Source of the DNA: Trichosphaerium sp. ATCC 40318
Lineage: Eukaryota > Protista > Tubulinea
Assembly (NCBI GenBank): GCA_038496445.1
Contig: JALMLS010000322.1
Location: 682,001 to 746,000, forward strand
Direction of reading: 5' to 3'
DNA: 64,000 bases
Of this stretch, positions 25,752 through 39,031 are shown piece by piece. Both the position numbers and the translations under genes were made by a program. The notes beneath the pieces were generated by a model that was not told the DNA's origin, ran no database searches, and saw nothing but the letters and a program-made list of their open reading frames with translations. Each line of letters begins with the position of its first letter. Positions within the stretch are counted from its first letter, which is position 1.

Positions 25752-26977
25752 CTACAAACAACAAACGCTTTCTGCGTCCAATATACCACAATGATTACAA
25801 TTAGGGAGATATAATGCGATAAATTCAGTTTCTTGTTTTTCAAATAAATCCACTGTTATTATATCTTCCTCTTCAATACTGTCACCGATTTTAACATGCT
25901 TATTAGCATCTCTAATACCCAGTACTAGAACATATAACCAACACACCATCCATATAGAACCACCAAGTACTTCAAACATAACCTACAATTCGAGTATAAA
26001 CAAAACTGAAAAAAGCCCAAAAAAAAAAAAAAAAACAAACTAAAACCCAATTGATGGTTGTACGTACAATGAGCCTTAAAGGTCTTTCTTCAAACAAAAA
26101 GTTATCACGTGGGCTTTCATACCAAGTATATAAAAGAGGGCTATACGCTAGTAGTATATTTATGACGCTATAGAACAAGAAGGAGTGTAAGACGATGAGA
26201 CTTTGTGAATGAACAAAAAAACTATTTCTCTCGAAACGGCGTTTTTATCAAAACTTGCACCAAAATGGTTTTTAAAGTAAAACGCATACCTTAATACAAT
26301 AGCAAGACGTCCTCTTCTTACTACATGTGTGTTTTGCTTGTAATGGCTTTGTTTTTGTTTTACAGCACAACTTCCGCTAGTAGTACCAAAATGCGCCGTG
26401 TTTACCTTTGTATCTATCATTTAACCAACTATAGGGTGATTATATCGTATTTTAAACGTTTGTATTTAGGTCTGCTTTTCTTTGCTTTTTAATGCCGTTG
26501 TAGTACTGTTCTATACAATATATATATTCAACCTTTACGACTGGTGATGCTACAACGTAGTTTTGAGTACTTTCAAGTAAATAAAAACTAGTCTCCCCGA
26601 ACTTCTCCATTTTTTCCCCTTATACGTGAAACTACGCCAATAGATTGTCCCCAGGACTATGTAATTGTATTATAGCATTATGATGTAAAAACACTAGAGT
26701 ACAGGAGCGCTAAAAAAAGGAGGAGAAACGTCAATATTTCACGATAATAAAGTTCCGTGCTTGGTCCGCGAGTAGCGTCATTTTCACGTAGAGTACTCTT
26801 TGGGTGTTCGTGCCAATTAACAAAAGCACGTGATATGCTAATTGGTGTTATTTTTGGGATAAAGAGGGTAGAGACACTTGTCATTGTGACATTGTAAAAC
26901 GGTTCATTGGTAGAATTTGCAACTTTGATTTTGTTCTTTTTTGAAATTCTTCTTAGTGCTTGATATGTTCGATTCAT
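25752..26977 (-). CDS. hypothetical multi-pass membrane protein, possibly with an organelle-targeting N-terminus
   Basis: Basic N-terminus MNRTYQALRRISKK and several hydrophobic exons (SVINILLAYSPLLY; VLGGSIWMVCWLYVLVLG). Confidence 0.45.
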
Positions 26978-27117
26978 TCTTTTATTTAACTTAAAAATGC
27001 TAGTGTTATCACAGCGAGAAAAGTAGTTGTACTGAAATACAACGTGTGGGAGGGAGAAAAACTAAAAAAGAAGGGAAGTTCAAAACAAACTTTATTTTTA
27101 GTCTTGTTGATTGTTAG

Positions 27118-30100
27118 GTCATACTATCGCTGTAAATTACGCTTACGTTAGTTAATAAAGCAAACGCGCTTGAAAAGATGCTTCTTACACCTTTCGCGGG
27201 TCACGTGCATTGCCTTCATGTTTGAGCGCTTACTAGCTTTCTTTCTGCGCTCTTTAATGAGGTCTTTCGAGAAATTCTTATTTGTGCACCATCCTTCTGT
27301 TTACCAATCATACGAAATTTCTAAAGGACAACCGCGTTCTCGAATTTCCCCGCAGGTATTTCTAGTTTTTAGTTAGGCTGTTATGTATAGAAAAGTGCGT
27401 ACGGTGGTATGCTACAGGTTTTCTAAAGTAATTGGTTCCTCGTTTGGGAAGATGTAAAAGAGGCTTCACTCTTGGGTCACTTGGAGGTAATGATAAATCG
27501 GGTTTGTATTGTCTGATAGTAGATATTATACTAGAAATATCTCCGGTCCACCAATATGGTATAGGAATCAAACAAATGCCTTTTAAAAGATAACATAAGA
27601 ACCAAACAAGGAAAAGAAGAAAAAAATAAGACAAAATAGAAACGTACCTTGACGTTCACATTCTCGATGTTTTATAGCATCACGTGCTTTGTATACAGAA
27701 GAAGGTTCATGCAGCACGCAGTCATGAAAGTGATGTTCTCCTAGAGTACAATTGTGAGTTGATTTTTTTAGTATTTTGTTTTACCTTGATACTCCAAAGC
27801 AAGGTTATGGTGTTCAACGTAAATATCCAGAGATAATAGTTGACCACTTATAAATCGTTCACCTATTTGGTGCTCTTCCAATACAGGACAATAAGGGAAT
27901 ATACGTCTAACACATTCTAATAAAACACGCTGACGAGAACGTTTGGAAGTGACATTAAAATTCTGCCAATCCCAAGAAATATTTGGATATAAGTGGCTTA
28001 ACATATTCGGAAAATATTTAAGAACGCTCGATCTTCCTGTATTCAAAAGCTGTTTATCTGATACACGATACCTTTAAAAGATAGTCAAAAAATTAAGTCG
28101 GAAAATCCAATGTATTTGTATCCATAAAAATAAAGGACAAAAAAAAACTGAACAAAAAAAACTAGCTATAAATCACGTGATTTTTACCATTGTTCAGGTT
28201 TTGCTATTGTATACTTCTTTTCAAGTTTCTTCAAGAAACTAACAACATTTTTTTGTTCATTCCAAAACGTACGATCTCTATTTTTTTGACAGTTTCAAGT
28301 TAGTCATTTTATCAAGTTATTTATAAATAACTAACCTTTTTTCTACCCTTAATACAGACGACCACATATAATCAGGGAATAAGGTTGATAAACATTGAGA
28401 TAAGCATCCATCATGTCTAGAAAAAAACAAGAAAAAAGTGAGAAACTACTAGGTAGTAGTTTTTTTACCTTCGAAGTATGCCACCGCCACCAGCATGATA
28501 AATATCAGCAGGTAGGATATCTTTCCAATCAATCAGTGTCATTAATCTTTTATGGGAGCAAAATCCATTAATCCAGCTTCGTTGGCGTGATTCGTCTTTC
28601 CAATACCACAAAGGAGATGAACTTTATCCAACAGCGTTGTTAGTTAACTAATTCTTTGCTGCCATTACTTACGTAAATTTAAATAGCTCCCAATTGTGCT
28701 CTGGAAATATTGAAGATAGTGTACGTGATAGAGAGTTCCCATATCTATCCATAATGTTAAGTAGTCTTTACAAAATAGCAGAAAAAAAAAGAAAGTACTT
28801 TAACACAATATGAAAACCGCCAAGTTTATCTATTTCCTTTGCTGTGACGGGATACCACATATCAAAAGTTTTCATGCCCATCTTATGCGCAATATTTTCA
28901 AACCAATCACGGTGATACTTCATCAAGTGATCTGAAGGCAGCTTCCTGGGAAGGAATAAGAATAAACAACCAACATGACATCGAACGTTAACGTCCTATT
29001 GATGTTTAAACGTACTTGAACAGATATGACGGCCATTCGTAGTCGGGATAAATCACTTTCAAAGCATCCAATAAGTTATGGTTATACCTACAACATAAGT
29101 GTTAACAGGCAGAGGTTGAACATTAGAAAAAAAACTGGTACCGTTTTAAAATAAATTTAGCTCCAGGGAACTGTACAAGCTTCTCTTTAGAAATATGAGC
29201 CCAGTCGATGAGATTTTCAACACCTAAGGCATCTCCATATACATTAAATTGTTTTCGCTGAAAATTTACATCATCCCAGAGCTCAGCATCTTGAGGACTA
29301 AAATTGAAAAAAAATCAATAAAGAAATTTAGGTAAGCTTTAAAGCAGCCTCTGTTGCGTACGGTTTGAACTTGTTCATATCCCACACATGATGAAGATAT
29401 AGATGTGGTATCATTTTGGCTATAGAACCATATCTACAGCAATTAAAAGATGATGTGAAGGTTTTGTTAATACCTCGAGAGGATTGCACTTCCACCTACT
29501 ATGTCAGTGATCTGCTCACGTGATATAGAGTACCATCCGTTTAGATCATGTATACCAAACTCAGACATATTATACTCTAACCAACCCCGTTGATTATCTT
29601 CACTATCCCAACAGCCACGTGGAGCTGTCCTGGCAAGAGTAAGGACAAGCTGTAAAAAACTCAAAGCAACATACTTGAACCGCCAAGGAAGCCATTTATA
29701 CTCTGGGAACACTTGTTCTAACATACCAGAGACACTTTCTCGATACCTACAAAAATACTCAGAAGGATTGTACTCGCGTGCACATACTTTATTAGAATTC
29801 CTGTGCCATTTTTCTTCCTTACGTCAGCACAAGTAATATTGTACCACTGATCATATGTTTTAACATTGAGAAGCCTAGATACATCATCTAGCTTCTGTCT
29901 ACGATTTTTATGTTGCTTCCAGTGATTCTTTGAAACTTGCCTGTCAGAAAGATAAGCGGAAAAAAAAGACACTGTGCTCTTTAGTTCGCTGTGAAACTAC
30001 GTACTTGAAGTTGGACTCAATCCAATTATACTCTGGATAAATATCATTCAGTGCTTTTGCCATGGAATTACCATACCTAATTTAACCGTGAATATCAAGG

Positions 30101-30508
30101 GTCGTAGATGTTAACACTTTTCTATCAAGTGCAACAAAATATTCTGTTTTGAGGTATTGTCGACTATCACGTGATTTCTGTAATTCATGTATTGACGTAC
30201 GCATAGTATAGAAAGTTGTTCGAACATAGTTTGATGATATCTTTCAAGTTCACATTGTAAAAATCGGATAACTTCGCAATTTTCAATTTTTTTCTAACAA
30301 CTTTGTCAAAATACTGCCTTAGCTCTTTAGAGTCCCGCCATTTAACTTGTAGATTCTCGTCTACGTTGAAATTAGCAATGGTAAGACTATTAGAGCCAAA
30401 TAAACGCGGTTGCTAGGTTTTTTTAACGAACGCACTGTTTTTATCAATTCGACGTGCGCGACGAGATCTTGACGCGAAAAATAAAGCGTTAGGTGCTTTA
30501 GCTGCCAT
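27118..30508 (-). CDS. Trp-rich tandem repeat protein (about 7 repeats) with a C-terminal Vsr-like PD-(D/E)xK nuclease domain
   Basis: Repeat pattern W....NQR.....L.I....WY.I...I...GG..IL.RY.S....L...FPEY.W..W.F; C-terminus LSLDIYVEHHNLALEYQGEHH...RDAIKHRECERQGICLIPIPYWW; many introns. The 3' end is approximate. Confidence 0.75.
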
Positions 30509-31056
30509 TTACAATTTGTAGTCTACAATAGTTTGGCTGGGTACTTGCTATTAGCCGCATTGTACGCTCTAATGCGTGGATAGATGGTTAACCATGGCAT
30601 AAAAGCTGATCACAGTCATCTATTGTCAAAACCGGATTAAAAATTCTAGGTCTGATTATCTGACTGGGAGCTCATCAACTCTTGAACAGTAGGCTGTAGA
30701 TGGCGCGAATCGTTACTACGCATCTTATAGGCAAAGACTACAACAAATAATTTAGTGCAAGTAGTGCGTGATCACGTCATTGCCATCAAATAAAACGTTT
30801 TCTATCCATCACGTGTAAAGAGAATTCGTTAACGGTTGGTGGTTAAGGTAAATTCTATTTTGTGTACTGATACCGCTCTCAAATGGCGTCATTGAGCGCC
30901 GAGATATCAGTTTAACGTGTATGAAAACTCTTACCGAAATCGCCGATAATTAAGTGCATTTAGTAGTCCATTGTTCTAAAAACGCAGCAAAGGCTATAGC
31001 GCCAGGCGATGGCGTTGAGCACTAGTTCCGATACACAACGAGGTAGTATTTACAAG

Positions 31057-32434
31057 ATGGAGCTTACGCGCTCCAAAGCCAAGGAAACACTGTCAGATGC
31101 AGCTAAAGACTGTATCTTTGAGGCGGAGATAGCAGCCAAGGTATAATACTGCTTTTTTAGTACATTTGAGTTTCTACTCGCTAGCGCGCTTTCCACGCTC
31201 ATGGTCTAATTGAGCTTTAACTTAGATCATTTTTAACGTTTTATTACTTGTAATCGATAAAAACAACGCTAGTTCTTTTATTTGTATGTAGTAGTGGCTT
31301 GTTACACGCTTTTCTGAATTATTTTCTTTAATCGCGTATTTGTAACGTACGGTTTTAGGCTGGAATATACGATGATGTATTGTTAAGTTTAAACAAGGCT
31401 GCAAAGCTTGGTGTAGAGTTTGGAGAGCGCGAGCGGCATTTTTTTTCAGAAGCGTACAAGAAGGTACTAGGTAAGCGCTTGGCAGCACACCAAGTCATAT
31501 TGGAGCTAGAAAACAAACAAACAGAAATGTACGTGTCACTAAACGGAGATAAAACCTCTAAACTACAAAACCAACAACGCACGAGTTACTTCATAGCAAT
31601 AAAACAGAAATTGTTTTTTGACATTTCAAAGCACAAAAGTAGCCCAACACACAGCTCAAGCATTTCTCTACGCTAAAGGAAGTAGACCTGACCTGCTAGA
31701 ATTAGTTTACACACTCGTCAAGTCTATTTTTCTTTGTTTGCCAACTACCCAACAATCCTTTGACTGAAATACGTTTAAATTCATTATACCGTTTATACAA
31801 TACTTTATTTCTGTGTACACAAGTTTTTATTTATTTCGAATGCTGTGATATGTCGTTAGGATCTTTTTTGTAATTTTTTTTCTTGAAATGCCAAAATTTT
31901 TTTGGTTTGTACTAACTGTTCTAAAACAGAAATGAGCACAAAGCTCAAAAGATAAAAGAATACAGAGAAAGGTTAGATGGGTCTATACGTAAATTTTGCA
32001 CAGAACTTATAACGATTCTTGATGATCATCTTGTACCAAACGCTACTAAATGTGGAGCTAAAATTTTTTATCTTAAAATGAAGGCAGACTATTGTCGATT
32101 CTGGGCAGAAACAAAAAGAGATAAAGATCGTCAGGATATGATCGAAAAGACTCAAAATGCATATACAGAAGCTATGAAACAAGCGTACTCTTCTCTAGGC
32201 GCAAATCATCCGACAAGGATGGCTTTGGTTCTTAATTACGCTATTTTCTTGTTTGAAGTTGTAGAGGATAAGGAAAAAGCTTGTAGAGTAGCAGATAAGG
32301 CTCATGATGATTTCTTTGGGTCTCAGACTTCTTCTATATCTTTAAAAGAGATAAAAGAGGCTGAATTGATACTACAGCTTTTAAAACAACACGTAGCGAT
32401 GTGGGAATACGATGAAGATGATGAATTTGAGTGA
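31057..32434 (+). CDS. divergent 14-3-3 family protein
   Basis: ERERHFFSEAYKKVLG, ILDDHLVPNA, FYLKMKADYCRF, HPTRMALVLNYAIFLFEV and LILQLLKQHVAMW; 2 introns. Confidence 0.88.
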
Positions 32435-32809
32435 GTAGATAGGGAAGCAAGTAGACGAATTCGATTCTCAAGTTTTTAATTTAAACCTCAAAACGGCGCC
32501 TATATAGTGGAGTGGGTACTGGAGTGTAGAGGGAGAGCAATTAACTTTGCCGAACGGGAAATCCCAATAGAGAAATCTTCCACCTGTAAATTATTAATAT
32601 TGTTGAGTCTTGTTGTGATGGTTTTAGCAGTAAAGTAAATACAATTCAACTTTTCTCTTTTTTTTTTTCATATCTTGTTGTTTGCCTTTTTATCTTGTTC
32701 ATAAACGACCACACATAATTCCAGCTACAACCAGCTGAGTAGAGGAGCTTCTCAATCAAATAGCAAGTTGGATAGGTTTGGACAATAGGTAAACACATAA
32801 TTTTACAAG

Positions 32810-33275
32810 TAGATACAAACGTGACTGATAACAGTTTGAAAGCATTGGCAGGTGTACATACTATCAACTTGTGCGGTTGTGAATCAATAACAGATGATGG
32901 CGTCAAGGCATTGGCAGGTGTTCACCAAATTGATTTAACTGGTACTAAGGTGACAGATGAAAGCCTTTTGCGTTGCCTGGCGTTCATAACATCACACTTC
33001 TGGCTAATAAATTACTAACAGATTTCGGCATTAGAGCATTAGCAGGTGTACACACCATTTATTTAGCATACACAAATGTGACGGATTTGGGTTTGACAGC
33101 TTTGGTTGGTGCACATTTTGTTGATTTATCATATACAGCTGTAACAGATAAAGGGTTAAGCTTTGGTTGGTGTACACACCATCAAGGTGTGGTTGTAATA
33201 ACATAACAAATGATGGTTATCAATGGTTGCGTACACAATACAAGCAAATGGGACAAGGCATGTGGAGCAAAAATT
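32810..33275 (+). pseudogene. leucine-rich repeat (LAGVHTIxL.xTxVTD) gene fragment, frameshifted and 5'-truncated
   Basis: Repeats of the same type as the 42143-43213 gene, split over frames (shifts near 32970 and 33160); no F-box or start codon seen. Confidence 0.7.
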
Positions 33276-34031
33276 AGAAGATGTTAGCAACATCCATTAC
33301 TAGATACTCACTCCTACGGTAGTAAAACAAGTTGTAACTACAAATACAATGATGTAATAAATTTAGTATGACCATCCAACCTAGATACTCCTTCAACTCA
33401 CCACTAAATATGAATCGAAAAGCGCCATCATCAGGAAGTCTACCATGACAAACACCGTATAAAAATGTAACACGACAATAACTTAGTATTTTTTGGAGCG
33501 TAGTCAATTTTGTAGTTAACAAGGCTAAGCTGTTTGTACCTCAAACTTTGTTAGCGATCGTCATTTTATACAACTCTATTCGGCGCAGCAATAGAAAAAG
33601 GAAGAAAGGAAGCCACTAGCAAAAGGATAAACGATAATAGCTCAAGTTAAGTGGCGTACAAAGCCTGTTAGAAATTTCCTCACAAAGGGCAATACAACCA
33701 GCGTTTCTGAACAAGAAACAACCACCTGTGGATGTACGTAGCACAAACTCGAACATTTTCTGAACGAGGATTATGAAGCAAGGTGATGTTGCTTTAGTAC
33801 GCTAAACCAAAACTAAATTCTGTTAGGGGTAAAAAATAACGAGCTTTTTTTGTGATTGTACAACTCTATCTCACGTTCGAGCTTCCTTGTATTTCTTGCA
33901 AAAAAACCAGTTGAAACTGCAACTTGATAGCTGTACAATGGTGACACATAACGTTCGCGCCTGAATGTACTGCATGTTCATCAAAATATTTTGGTTTTTT
34001 TTCATAATTGTCACTTATCTCTAAACTGACA

Positions 34032-35732
34032 ATGGCAGAATACCATCAGAGATCCGGTTCTGGAAGGGTATGGTGGAATACAGTTGACAGAGAAGAACAT
34101 TACGAACTACAGTCGTACAAAGCGCCAGCACTCTCCTCTTTCCGCTCTATATGGGATGACAAAGTGAAATTACACAGAGTTGTTGATTTTAAAAATCGGT
34201 TTGAGCCAGTTGAAGTTGGTGGCTCTAATATTTTAGGCGAGGCGTATGACCTATTTAAACGTAAAGTGCAGGAACGGAAGAACGCACGCCGACCTCATCG
34301 CATTATTCGTCCAACCACCGTAGCACCTAGGCAACTTCAAAGAGCGCTACGGTATTGGAGGGAAGTAGACGACAATAGCAAGGGCGTTAAAGTTGTGCAC
34401 GTGCGTAAAAAAGTTCTGTGTTTGGATTTTAAACGTTTGGCAGGAATCTGACGGCGTGCATGTGCGTGGAAATGGAGGGATTAGAACATATTTACCGGAC
34501 TACATTGAGTACGAGATTAGAAACAACCTTGAGGGTGAGATGAATGGCATTAAAATTCACGTGATTGGTCAGAAATACGACGAAATGAAGGTAACTTCTG
34601 GAAACGCTCCCGGTACTGAAGGTCACTACTCCTTCGTAGCGAAGTACTTCAAGAGGTGTATAATGGTAACTCAAACAATTGGAGGTACGTTCCTTTTCAA
34701 GAAGCCGTTAAAAGAACTAATGAAAACTACAAGCGGATGAAATTGTGTTCTTTGGGATGTACGTGACTGAGTTTGAAAAGGATTGTGGTATAAAAAGGAA
34801 TGAAGGCCGTGTGTACCTTAGCTACTTGGACTCAACACGTAAGTTTTTGTTGAAAAAACATCTACTCATCCTCATCAAGCACATTACGTTCGCGGTCCGA
34901 ATGATGGGAATGTAAGAATCAAACGGCTAGTAATAAATGCGTATATGCACTTTGTAGCTGCTCTTGGATTCCATAGTGTTCATATATGGAGTTGCCCACC
35001 ATCTCAGACATCTCCATTTTGGGTTTTTAACTGCGGACAGCGTCCAATACTCAGCAGAGAGCAGTTGTTTAAGTGGTAAGATAACTTTTATAAAACGTAT
35101 GTGCTGACTTTAAACAAGGTATGAGAAGGTAATACAAGATGGTGAATGGCCAAAATATGAGCTGCACGGTTCCATGAAGCTTACAGATGACAATATATTC
35201 GAAGTTCCTCTATTCCCAGGCGATGTAAAGACTCTTGCTCTCAAGAAGGTAACTTCTAGTTTTTTTTAAGGGAGTTGTCTTGACCACATTTTGGCGCACT
35301 ATCACGTGATTTTTACTGAAATTTTTTTTCTTATGTAATTACTTTTTTTTTTTGACTACTTGTTAGTATGACAAGAAAGAAAACACAACCTTCTGGGTTG
35401 CTAATATTATTCGTGTTAATGTGAGTACATCAAAGTGGTTTGGCAGATTCAACGAAAGAACAACTTGCTATTGGTCACCATTCGTTCCAAGGCCAAAAAT
35501 TAGACGTCTAATGTTCGACAACATTTCTTTGGCCTCAGTGTCAACCAAAGTTTTGCTAGCGTCGACACTGGTAGAGACGCCGGAGTTTGCTACTAATAGT
35601 CAGCGTATTAAGCACCCCAAGAAGTATGCAAATGGCAAGGGTAACCGCAGAAAAGCATTTGAAATATTGAAAAGCAAGGCTAGTGGCATGTTCAACTTGG
35701 ACAACGTAAAGTTTGAAGACTTGGGTGTATAA
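34032..35732 (+). CDS. compact p300/CBP-type (KAT11) lysine acetyltransferase
   Basis: Intron 34401-34443 joins the two track ORFs in frame. DEIVFFGMYVTEFEKDC...RVYLSYLDS, GFHSVHIWSCPP, LFKW|YEK and PLFPGD align with p300 FFGMHVQEY, RVYISYLDS, HIWACPP, EWY and PYFEGD. Confidence 0.8.
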
Positions 35733-36351
35733 AACCCAATCGCATGGTCTCCTCTGAGGCCAATCATTTAATGTAGTAAATAAAAGCTTCAAAACTCTGA
35801 TTTTATCAGGCATAGAATAGCACTTTTAAAAGCTAGCGGGAACGAAATGGTACTGATTTCGGTCAGTCGTGTTTTTGGAGTAGGTTCCTTGTACAAACTA
35901 CACAGCAATGTCCTCAAGATGAGTTTGTACTGTTCGCTTAATTGTTTATGTCTTGTACAATCAGGCTGCAAAGGGTCGACAGGATTCATTAGTGCACCAC
36001 TATAGTTGACACAGTTGCATACTTGCTTTTAGAGTCATCGTTAGAAGGGCAGTGACTAGCCTACATAAGTGACATACAGTAAAAAGAATAAGCCATTTAT
36101 TTGCCTTAGGCTATTCGTACTGTATCAAACATACATATCCGAAGCTTTCTGTTGCTCAGTCATGTCTTTAAATGGTTGGTGCTATTCATGACATTGTCGC
36201 ATACAAAACGTCCTTATAGCTAGCACAAGGGTTTCACGAAAAAACCCTAAAGTTCTGTTGATTGTAGAACAAAAGCAAATAGGTATTTTGCAATGTATGT
36301 TATATCTTTATACCACCAAATACTTGTCGTTTATTTAGTGGTTTTAATGTG

Positions 36352-39031
36352 TTACAAGCCTTCAAAGGCATCACACAGTATAGCAAAGTCTGGTCTCTTT
36401 CTTGCTTTAAAAGCCCAACAATGACCAAGTAGTGTTCTAAATAGAGGGAAGCAATCATCTGGTATAGGTGGTGTGTAACCTTCGTCTCTTATTTTAATTG
36501 CTAGTTTTAATACATCTTTATCCTTTATAGCTGATTGTCTACTAATACATTCCCTTTTGTGGCAAAACAGTAAGGTACAACAACAATACAAAATAAAAAA
36601 ATAAAAAAGTTTTCATTTATTTGGCAAGTTTCCGTCCTTCTACCAAAATACAAATGTGGCTAAACGTCCATTTAACGTTGTATAAAAATATGTTTCATTC
36701 TTCAATTGAATAATATCCACGTGCAAAAAAGAGATTTTTGAAAAAAGGAATAAAAAGGAAAATTGAGTTTTTGGTTTCAAATGATTTGTTTAGTAGTTTT
36801 TTTGCTTGGCTTAAGTCTTTTGAACAAGTTAATGCGTACCACATGAGAATACCAAAAGACCAAATATCACTCTTGACACTATATTTGTTTATAGATATTG
36901 CCTCAGGAGCCTATACAAAATCAATATCAACCATTAAAGGTATTGTTTATACCATCCACGGTATGGGTCCATAAGACTGTTTAGAATACCAATAATCTCC
37001 TTTAATAACACGAGATAGACCTTATTAAATATTAACACAAAGCTACGACAGCAAGGGCGGTACCGAAATCGCAAACTTTGGGGTCTTTGCTTTTTGACAG
37101 CTACAAAAAAACAATTAAAAAAAGCAATGATAGAAAAAAATCTTCGCACCAAAATATTTCGGGCAGCCAAGTCTGTTAGGAAATAAATTGTTATATAAAA
37201 TGCATGGATATATAATGGGGTTTTTAGTACCTCGATGAACAATTCCGTATGCATGGAGGTGCTCCATACCACGACAAATACCAAGAAATAAATCTTTTAG
37301 CTCAACATTTGGAACTTTTTGTCTTCTTATATACGTCTTTAACGATCCTCCGGCCATATACTCTAGGACCATATGTGGTTTTTGTTCTCTGATACAAAAT
37401 CCTACAATGAAAACATCTTTAGGTTGAGAAAATCAATGTTACGCAATTTTGCTTGACAAACTTTGTGTTTGCTGTATAGCATTTCACCTCGTTCTATTTT
37501 TTTAAAAAGTTTACCACGAACATGTAGGACCAAGTTGGGAAACTAATTATTGGTGGCAGCTACTACTTGTACACTGATGATGCGCAAAAAAACAACATTT
37601 AAAGAAAAAAACAAGAAAACGTTGGGTAGTAGAAAATTAATCCTCACGTACCATAAATCTGAACGACATTGCAATGAGGTCTTAAATTCAGCATAAATTT
37701 TACTTCTTGAACGAAATCTTGCAACTGACTCTCACTGGCAGTTGTCTAGTCAACAAAAAAAACGTTAACAACATCATACTTTTTTTCTTCGTTGAAAATA
37801 CATACACAAACTTTTACTGCTACTGGCGTATGACGTAATCTTCCGTTATATACAGTACCATAAGCACCCGAACCCTTTAAAACAAATCAGTTAAAGCAGG
37901 GTAATTTACATGAAGAGCTACAACGATTTTTTGCGATGCCTTGTCGTAGAAGAAAACAACTTACCAGTTTATCCTTTAGCAACAGTAAGTTATGGTCAAG
38001 CATCCATCTAGCTATATTGAATATGTTAGATAATAAGATTTATATCTATACTATACCTGTAGACGTTGTATCAGAACTACGTGATGAAGGAAGACTGGTA
38101 TGCCTCTTCAAATTACCAGGTGATTTATTTGCTCTTGAACTGCTTGGTGAGTTCCTTGAGGATGCTTGCGCATTTCTACCTTGCGATGAACGTCCAGTAG
38201 CTCGACTTGTATTGCCTGGAACGGACACTGGTTCTGCGCTCATAACAAGAGCATAGCCATTATCTTTTGGTACCTCAGCACTCATTGCAAGTCCATAGCC
38301 TCTTGAAGGCTCCTCTTGCGCAGGAGGAAGTTCAAAATTAGCGTATTGCTTTTTACGACGCCCTGTTGAAGGTCCTGGAATTCGTTCTGCGCTTAAATCA
38401 AGCATATATCCTGATCTGGAGTGTTCACTTATATCGCTCATTGTACTCGAGTAACCAGACTCAGAACTATAAGATATTAAATCAAATGCTGTCAAAAAAA
38501 TTGACAAAAAGTCGGGCACATTGAGAGTTTTTGTACACAACGTGGCGTAGTTTGGCGATAAAATAAAAATACGGTGAAGAATACTGTTTTTGTTATTAAG
38601 AGATAAATAATAACGCACACATCGTCATCTCTTGCTTGGTTTGCCCTTTGCTCCATTTTCTTTTTTTTATCTATTCTGAGCATCTCTAAGATATCACCAG
38701 CATCACGTGCCACTTCTGGTTCTGAACATGCGCCAAGAGAACAAAGTCTTTGGAATAAATGCTTATCTACTATAACATCGTCCTTATGCGATGCTACAAC
38801 GATATTAGTTACATTTTTAAAGCACGTGATTGAAGTGTTTGGATCTTTTAATTTTAGGTTTTTTAAAAACTTACCTAATTCCTTCTTTAGCTGTTTACAT
38901 CCAGTGCGTTGTCGATTTATATCATTTGAGAGTATACTTTTTATATAATTGTTGTCATCACGTTTATTTTGTTTTGGCGGCGATTTTGGAGAAGAACTAA
39001 AGGTAATATGGCGCCTGCGGCTCATTTTCAT
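36352..39031 (-). CDS. tyrosine kinase / TKL-group protein kinase with a long N-terminal extension (multi-exon)
   Basis: [27 protein letters not shown]|[34 protein letters not shown] and CW...RPDF. Confidence 0.88.

Noticed and set aside
34393-34451. Apparent frameshift between ORFs 34008-34451 and 34393-34740
   Set aside because: Explained by a phase-0 GT-AG intron at 34401-34443; neither a pseudogene nor a programmed frameshift.
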